From assembly GCA_964016885.1 (NCBI GenBank), contig OZ024745.1, positions 8,184,001 to 8,248,000 on the forward strand: a stretch of 64,000 nt of DNA. The letters run 5' to 3'. Of the stretch, positions 26,703-33,695 are shown one piece after another. The DNA is from Eledone cirrhosa (taxonomy: Eukaryota). The notes beneath the pieces are model-generated. The model was not told the DNA's origin. It was given only the letters and a program-made list of their open reading frames with translations, and made no database searches. The position numbers and the translations under genes were made by a program. Within the stretch, counting starts at the first letter, position 1; each line of letters begins with the position of its first letter.

Positions 26703-28008
26703 AGTTGCATTTATCTTGCTTTATGTTCGTACGAGTTATCACCAAGTCACAACCAGTGACCTCAAGAGACAACAAGGTCCGCCATGTTCAAGAAAGAACA
26801 TACATACTCACACATGCATCTTTAGTGTTTAGACTTGTGATGTACTTATATTGACAGAATCTTCCTTAGTATATGGGCAGTTCCCATTAGTACAATCTTT
26901 TGTATTTCTCCTATACGCGGGTTTCCTGGGATTTGCGATAAGTAATCATTAGACCCCTTAGGTATCATTCCCAGAGCGCCTACAACCACTGGTATTGTTT
27001 TAGTTCTCAATTTCCACATTTTTCCAATTTCTATCTCCAGGTCCTTATACTTGCTCAATTTTTCAAATGTTTTTATAGATACATTCTTGTCTATTGGAAC
27101 AGACATATCAATTAGCAGGCATACCCTCTTTTTAAAGTCCTTCAATATTATATCAGGTCTATTTGCATCTATTTTTCGGTCTGTTTGGATGCTAAAGTTC
27201 CACAAGATTGAGATGTGATCTATTCCTTGCAATCAATTCCGTTCTTAAGATTGCTCCTACTCTGCGGTAACATTCCTTCCTTATCCTTTCCCTCATTGTC
27301 GAGTGCTTGATTCCGTCTCCTTCACAAACACCTAGATATTTGTAAGTTTTTTCTTGATCAAGTTCTCTTATCACGTTCCCCCGATCAAGATTAATGTCTG
27401 AACTCTTCAGCAGCTTTCCTCTGGTGAACGTTGCTTTGGCGCATTTGTCTAGTCCAAACTCCATTTTAATGTCATCACTGAACTGCTCCACAGTGGATAA
27501 TAGCCCTTGCAATTGTTCATCATTTTTTGCAAATAGTTTCAGGTCATCCATGTAGAACAAGTGATTAATGGTTTTGTCATAGACTTTATATCCATGTTTT
27601 GTTTCATTGAGCATTTTACTTAATGGTATAAGTGCGATGCAGAATAAAAGCGGTGATAAAGAATCACCCTGAAAAATTCCACAATTAATATTAACTTCTC
27701 CAGCTTCCAATGATTTTGTTTCACTATTCAAAAGGAGTGTCGTTTTCCATGTCTTCATACTGAATGACAAAAACCTCCCGACAACGGGGAATATTTTGAA
27801 AATCTCTAAACATTTTTCAATCCAACTGTGTGGCAAACTATCGAATGCTTTTTTATAATCTATCCAAGCAATCGATAGATTTTTGTGTCTATTATGACAA
27901 TCTTCCAGTATCATTTTGTTAACCAGAAGCTGATCCTTACAGCCATATGAGCCTCGTTTACACCCTTTCTGCTCAATGGGAAATAGGTCATTTGTTGTCA
28001 GGTGGTCA
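26701..28008 (-). mobile_element. E3: 5'-truncated, internally deleted R4/Dong-like element of a second family
   Basis: RT: [57 protein letters not shown]: ANRPDIILKD...LIDMSVP...EKLSKYKDL...PVVVGALG. Stop at 26846-26848, ~145-bp 3' UTR, (ATT)n on both sides. The protein is clearly diverged from E1/E2. Confidence 0.92.
26846..28008 (-). pseudogene. E3 polyprotein remnant; RT fused out of frame to the endonuclease
   Basis: The RT frame (27192-27914, extending upstream) leaves homology after [10 protein letters not shown]. The RLE frame (26846-27232) gains homology at about ISILWNF. Linker and CCHC knuckle are missing. Confidence 0.88.

Positions 28009-28051
<43 letters not shown>
28009..28051. 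repeat. (ATT)n tract, 5' flank of E3
   Basis: Read directly. Confidence 0.96.
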
Positions 28052-28053
<2 letters not shown>

Positions 28054-28230
28054 TTTGTTACTATGAACCATATTTATTTTCATAAGAAGGTGTTGTCGTG
28101 TGCATGAAACATTGTGTAAAGTGTAGAAAATAATGTTCTATTACAAGGCTACAGCAATACAAATGGGACATTAAATGTTAAAAATAATGATAACAAAGAT
28201 GTTGAAATGTTACTTTGGAGTTGTTTAATA

Positions 28231-28268
28231 GTCTTTAATATTTCGGGATAAAATCCCTTTATCAAAGA
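28231..28268 (-). ncRNA. Degenerate minimal hammerhead-ribozyme-like motif (Penelope-type)
   Basis: Minus strand UCUUUGAUAAA-GGGAU-UUU-AUCCC-GAAA-UAUU-AAAGA: perfect stem II, GAAA, short palindromic stem III. The CUGANGA box is imperfect. Confidence 0.45.
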
Positions 28269-28979
28269 AGAATTGCGGAAAGTATGGCAGTATAAGAATG
28301 ACACAAGATATCCTGCTCCGAATTAGTTTGTTCTTCTTTTGGTGAAGGTATTCCCCACCCCTGCTGAATTAGACCATCCTGTAGTACCTACTTACACCTA
28401 AGTAAACTGGGGCATTAGAAATGAAGTTCCTTTATCTAATAAAACACCATTTTCTATGTTTTAATGTACCACACTCCTCTAAATGAGATGGAACCATATT
28501 ATCAAAACTGTTTAACGCGGTGTTTCTTAACGAGGGTCCTAAGGCTACCCTGGTGGTCATATGGAAAGGGAGGGAGGGCATATGAATTTTTGGGTGGCCA
28601 TATGATATTAATGGAGCATTTGAAACAATAAGATGTATTCTTAATTTAAGGAAAAAGTTTGCTGATCTGCGTGAAAAATATGATTTCAAGACGTGACTTT
28701 TGCCTGCACACATGTGAGTGTTAAGAAACTTGCTGACGTATGAGAGTATGAACGCTTTCTGTCTGTATATCCAGCCACAATGTGTGACCTTGACCGTAAT
28801 GTCGGGAAAGTTTCTGGCCAATATGTAACGTCAACCTGTGGCTGCAGCACATGAATATTGACTGGACTGCTTAGATGACTGCTATTGTGTCATTATTAAC
28901 GCATCGCATTTCACACATATAACGATCGTCTATAACAGTGGAGACATTTAACATCTGATTGCTGACAAATATCTTACCT

Positions 28980-29628
28980 ATGGCATCAAATAAGAAGAAA
29001 GTACGCCAATATAGCGACCATTATTTGATATTCGGTTTATTTGAGGGCGGTGGATTGGCAGTATCGGTAGAGGGTCGGATGCCATGCTTTGCAGCACAGT
29101 TACGTCCTTTACGGATTGAGTTCAAATCCCGCCGAGGTTAACTTTGCCTTTCATCCTGACGGGGTCGATAAAATAAAGTACCAGTAATACAGTGGGATAA
29201 TTGCTGGCCTTGTGCCAAAAAGTAGAAACAATTATTTGATATTCGGTTTCATTGAGGCACCTCATGATTCTCGATTGCTTATGTGTCTTCTCTGTCATCA
29301 AACACTTAGCAACGACTCCATGAGGCCTGGGCGACTCTTACAACACTTCAATGCGAACCATGGAGACAAGACATCGAAGCCGCTTTCATACTTCCAAGAT
29401 CTTCAAAAGAAAGTTTGCTGCCATCTACACTATCTCAATGTTTTTCTAAAGTAGATGAAAAGCAGGATAAATCATTAATAGCGAGCTACGAACTTTCAAA
29501 ATTGATTGCCAAGTGTGGTAAAACCCCATACGACAGGTGAGCAGTTAATTAAACCAACCATTTCTGTGTTTTTACAAACTGTTATGAATCACATAGACGA
29601 CTCAGTGGTCCAGCTTATGGTACTCAGT
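28980..29628 (+). pseudogene. N-terminal fragment of a Buster/ZBED5-like hAT transposase, interrupted by a SINE and frameshifts
   Basis: MASNKKKVRQYSDHYLIFGF-[SINE]-IEAPHDSRLLMCLLCHQTLSNDSMRPGRLLQHFNANH (BED finger), then shifted frames LIASYELSKLIAKCGK and PHTTGEQLIKP. Catalytic domain absent. Confidence 0.85.
29045..29236 (+). mobile_element. tRNA-derived SINE (family 1) with intact 5' head and long TSD
   Basis: A box TGGCAGTATCGG and B box GAGTTCAAATCCC (29118-29130). Central GCCTTTCATCC..GGGGTCGATAAA..AGTACCAG block resembles the MetaSINE central domain, from memory. TSD ATTATTTGATATTCGGTTT at 29020-29038 and 29231-29249. Confidence 0.9.
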
Positions 29629-30177
29629 ACGTCTTGGGGAGGAAAAAAAGTTGAGAACCTAGGGTTTAACGGCTATTATAAAATTATAATAATCTTTTAT
29701 TCTTTTATAGATTTTGGCCATACTGGAGCACTATCTATGATCAGCTTATGAAAGACTGATATTGACTTGAGTCATTTGCCAACGGCACACCACATCCCCC
29801 CTCCCCCTCTACCATCCTCATTTCTCAATACACCAGCAACAACTATCTACGACTTACCAATTGAAATAGCTAAGCGGTTTCATTTGCAATGATTTCACAG
29901 TGGACAAACTCCTGTCTCTTTTTGAAGGCGTAGAAAGATGTAGTTTCTACTCTCCTGGATGGGTGCCAAACCACGTGCAGCCGACATATTATTATTCTGA
30001 ACCGTTTAATATCCAATATCTTCAAGATATTTCACTCACCTGTCGAGATATGATCACACACACAGCTCTCATCAAACCAACACTATTGTACTAAGAATTA
30101 ATTCTGATTAGCAGCTCACCTTGCTGCTCTTCAGAGCCTCAGACTAAACTGACAAACTCCTGCTGCTTATTTTCTCA

Positions 30178-30309
30178 TTTCACATTCCACCGTCGTCTAC
30201 TTTACCTTTTTATCCTTCCGGAGTCGATAAATTAAAATACCAGTCACATTTAATCGATCCACTTAAATTTGGAGGCGTGTGTCTTATGTTAGAAACGATT
30301 ATTATTATT
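30178..30309 (+). mobile_element. Degenerate SINE family 1 copy with ATT tail
   Basis: actttacctttttatccttccggagtcgataaattaaaataccag...ttagaaacgattattattatt aligns to 29120-29236. Confidence 0.7.
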
Positions 30310-30506
30310 TTGCAATCACAAAATATAGATGTTTAAATTGGAATTTATCTCAAACACCAAGTCCTTCTCACTTTTCCCTCCTCTTTAGCGAACATAGCGT
30401 CACTCAGGCAGTGCAAATGGGTCATCTTGGAAGCAAGGCCACTTGTTCAACGACTTCAGGTCACATAGCAGTGATGGCCATTAGCGAGACAAGACACCAA
30501 CCTTCG

Positions 30507-30572
30507 TCTACTATACTAAATACCACTTCTACTATACTAAATTACCGTCTACTATACTAAATACCACTTCTA
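30507..30572. repeat. ~21-bp tandem repeat x3 (TCTACTATACTAAATACCACT)
   Basis: tctactatactaaa occurs three times in tandem. Confidence 0.85.
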
Positions 30573-30668
30573 AGGTATTGGTCAACTCAACTCTATAGTA
30601 AAAGACAGGCTGGGATCGAATCTGGAACCACATAATTACGAAGCTAACTTTTCAACCAGACATCCATG
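30560..30668 (-). mobile_element. Degenerate tRNA-headed SINE (family 2), 5' part
   Basis: The minus strand has an A-box-like TGGATGTCTGG and a B-box-like GATTCGATCC at tRNA-like spacing. The body resembles 20220-20305. Confidence 0.45.
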
Positions 30669-31019
30669 TCTTCTATTGTTCACGATATTGTTGTTGTTAT
30701 TGCTGTTGATGTTGTTAGCTTTATGTTTGATCTACACTACGCTATTGATGGTTATAATTTGGCTTTTGTTTTTTGTTGTTGTGTTTTTGCTGCTTTGCTT
30801 TAGTTTTGTTTTTGTTTTTGTTTGTGCTGCTTTTTTATTAATGTGCTTTGCTGGTTGTTTTTTCGTTTATTTTTTTACCTTAACTTCTTTTCTAAGCAAT
30901 CTCTTAGTTGTTGAACAATATATTAACTTACCTTACCAATTTGTGTGATTCAAAATATAAAGAAAAAATATTATATCCATTAAACTCATTGAATTAAAAC
31001 ATCAAAGGAGAAGTGAAAG

Positions 31020-31150
31020 AGGCGGAGAGAGAGGGGGGAACGGTGGTGGAGAGCAAGAGAAAGAGGTAAAGAGAGAGAGAAATAGAGAGAGACGGGGGGG
31101 AGAGAGATAGAGAGAGGCGGGAGGGAGAGACGGGAGAGAGAGAAGGGGAG
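31020..31150. repeat. Degenerate (GA)n purine tract
   Basis: Read directly. Confidence 0.85.
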
Positions 31151-31281
31151 TGTAAAAAATAACGTTTGTTTTTATTTTACTGACATGTTTTTGTTGTTTT
31201 ATTAGTAACCATTTTTGCTTCTGTTACAGACAAGAATTGGATAAACACTTGTGAAATATATGGGGGGGGGGGGGAATCCTT

Positions 31282-31460
31282 TGTGTATGTATGTGTGTTT
31301 GTGTGTGTATGTGTGTGTATGTGTGTGTATGTGTATGTATGTGTGTTTGTGTGTTTGTATGTGTGTATATGTGTGTATGTATGTGTATGTGTGTGTGCGT
31401 GTGCTTGTGTACGTGTATGTATGTGTGTGTATGTGTGTGTGCATGCGTGTGTATGTGTGT

Positions 31461-31550
<90 letters not shown>
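31282..31550. repeat. (TG)n / (TGTA)n compound microsatellite
   Basis: Read directly. Confidence 0.96.
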
Positions 31551-31552
<2 letters not shown>

Positions 31553-31842
31553 TTTGTGCTGAAAACTTCAATTTCATGTTCGTATCTTTACAATAACATC
31601 AGAGAAATTCTCTAATATTGTTTTGTGTAATTACTCGGAAAGAAACTTGGCAAATGTGAATATGTGATCTCCATGCCTTTTACCTTGGATGTTGTACAGC
31701 AATCTCTGCTGGTACTGGTGATATTTCCATTATCAGCTGATCATTAGATTGTAAACTGTGATGAATCTTATTTCATATTCCCACCTCTCTCTTCTAGTAA
31801 ATATATCTCATCATCATGACTTTACTTAAATCTAACTTGATA

Positions 31843-32010
31843 ATTATGATTTTTAATTTAGGCATAAGCCCTGCAATTATATCAATCCCAGCACTTCACT
31901 GCTGCTGTATTTTAACGACCCCTAAAGGCAAAGTTGACCTCGGTGGGATTTTAACTCAGAACATAAAGGATCATAATTAAATGCTCCAAAACATTTTGCC
32001 CAATGATCTA
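31843..32010 (-). mobile_element. Degenerate SINE family 1 copy
   Basis: aaaggcaaagttgacctcggtgggattttaactcagaac is the reverse complement of the B box and central block. taatttaggcataag matches the 3' end of the 32657 copy. Confidence 0.75.
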
Positions 32011-32656
32011 TCTAGCATTTCGTGAGAAAGTAACGATGTCACATATGCCCCCCCCCCCCCCATTTGTCGTAGACGAAGATCAATGGTCCGAAACGCCAGT
32101 TGAACTGATCTAACGCTTCTAGGACTCTCCTTTAAGCTAATGAAATGAGATGTCCATTAATTCCATTGGATCGCCGCTCTCCAAACTATTCTCTGCTACT
32201 ATGTACAGTTTTAGGAGGTTTGTAAAGTTTCTATGATGGATTTAGAAGGTGTGGTCGATAACCTCATACGAACCACTGATCAGTCACTCCGGTAATCTGG
32301 AATCCTGTGAACTGAGTTGTTTAATATATCCCTTGAGAGTTGTAACTAATCGATACTAGGTAATTATAATTATCCTGCCATAGGTATAACCTACCTGATA
32401 CTACGATGAATGGATCTATACCAGAGCAGTAAATGTATCTTTGTAATCGATACTATGATAAGTGAAACTGATCGATATTGTAGGTAATGTGTTATTCTAT
32501 CTAAGCGATATTGTCTGATCGAACTAATGCAATACTATGGCAGGTACACGGATTTCGTTTTTTAGGCAATACCTAATCTATGATAGCTATTAGCTGTGTC
32601 AGCATTTTCAGGTATCTTACCTGGTCTATGATAAAATTTGTTGTTTTAGAACCAAA

Positions 32657-32873
32657 TATTGATTTCTAATTTAGGTACAAGGTCAGCAAATTTTAGGGAA
32701 GGGCAAAGTTGATTAAATCAACCCCAGTATTTAACTGGTACTTTATTTCATCGACATCAGAATGATGAAAGGCAAAGTTGACCTCAGTGGGATTTGAACT
32801 CAGAATGCAAAGAAACAGGACAAATACCACAATGGCATTTTATCGGACGCTCTATCAATTCTGCCAATCCACC
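32657..32873 (-). mobile_element. Full-length SINE family 1 copy
   Basis: The minus strand begins ggtggattggcagaattgatagagcgtccgat (compare 29049), then B box GAGTTCAAATCCC, the central block, and 3' ttgctgaccttgtacctaaattagaaa. Confidence 0.85.
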
Positions 32874-32926
32874 AGTTAACTAAGGAAAAACATCAAGTTG
32901 CCATTTGTATAAATACCAAATGGAGA

Positions 32927-33058
32927 GTTAGATAAATTACGTCAATCTCCCCTTCCTAAACGGTCAGTTAGATAAATGGGTCTACTCAGTCAAAAAAGGA
33001 TTTGTTAGATAAATAGGTCAAACTATAACAAAAGTTGGTCAGTTCAGTAAATAGGTCA
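32927..33058. repeat. Four copies of a ~16-bp motif GTTAGATAAATAGGTC with variable spacers
   Basis: Copies start at 32927, 32967, 33004 and 33042. Confidence 0.7.
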
Positions 33059-33695
33059 TGGAATATTTAATGCTACGCTTCAAACAACGAAAATAAAAAT
33101 ATATTGATTTATCTGTCTAATCACAAGACTAAATTTATTGTTAAAGAGAGAGTTTTGACTGTACATTTCTATCTACGCTGCTAATTTTCTTTGGGAGAAC
33201 ATAAACTGTTTTGTCCTTCACTGAAAATCTAGAGCCTTCTTCCTTGTAAAAGGAGATAATTTTCTAATTTCATTGCGAGCCAGTTCGATTATCAGATAGG
33301 TATCCATCATAAGTTGCCAGCAATTCGTTTCCGTCGTTGACACTTTAAACACTCTATGTTACAACTACATATCCCCCTCTTACTTTAAAATATGAGAACT
33401 TTTGTGCCTAACCTGGTAAAAATAAAAGTAACAAAACGAAAGAGTTTTTTTCAAGTACCCATGCTAAACGTCGAAATTTAATAATATGACCCCTATAGAG
33501 CAAATGTAACGTTTGGTCTCGATACCCCATAGAGAAATATTCTCACTTTAGCTTATCACTAATGCTTTCAGTAAAGATATTTTTAAAGTATTTTATACTA
33601 GGGGGAGGGGGGCTACCGGTGGTCGAGTCCATAAGGCATTAGACATATCAGTGGTTCATATATCATATTATAGTTGGCGGAGAGTTGACCTATCA

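Larger units (their letters stand above)
28518..29663 (+). mobile_element. Internally deleted hAT DNA transposon (Buster/Charlie type)
   Basis: Identical 8-bp TSD GTTTAACG (central TA) at 28510-28517 and 29664-29671. Degenerate TIRs CGGTGTTTCTTAAC and GTTGAGAACCTAGG. Contains a transposase N-terminus. Confidence 0.88.

Noticed and set aside
28432-28821. 129-aa minus-strand ORF
   Set aside because: It crosses the hAT left terminus, lies mostly in the non-coding part of the transposon, and has no convincing homology.
29045-29130. tRNA gene
   Set aside because: A and B boxes are present but no cloverleaf forms. It continues into a SINE body with a TSD and has dispersed copies.
31684-31736. Possible 53-nt minus-strand exon (CAG...AAG/GTAA)
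   Set aside because: Weak polypyrimidine tract, no partner exons and no recognisable peptide.
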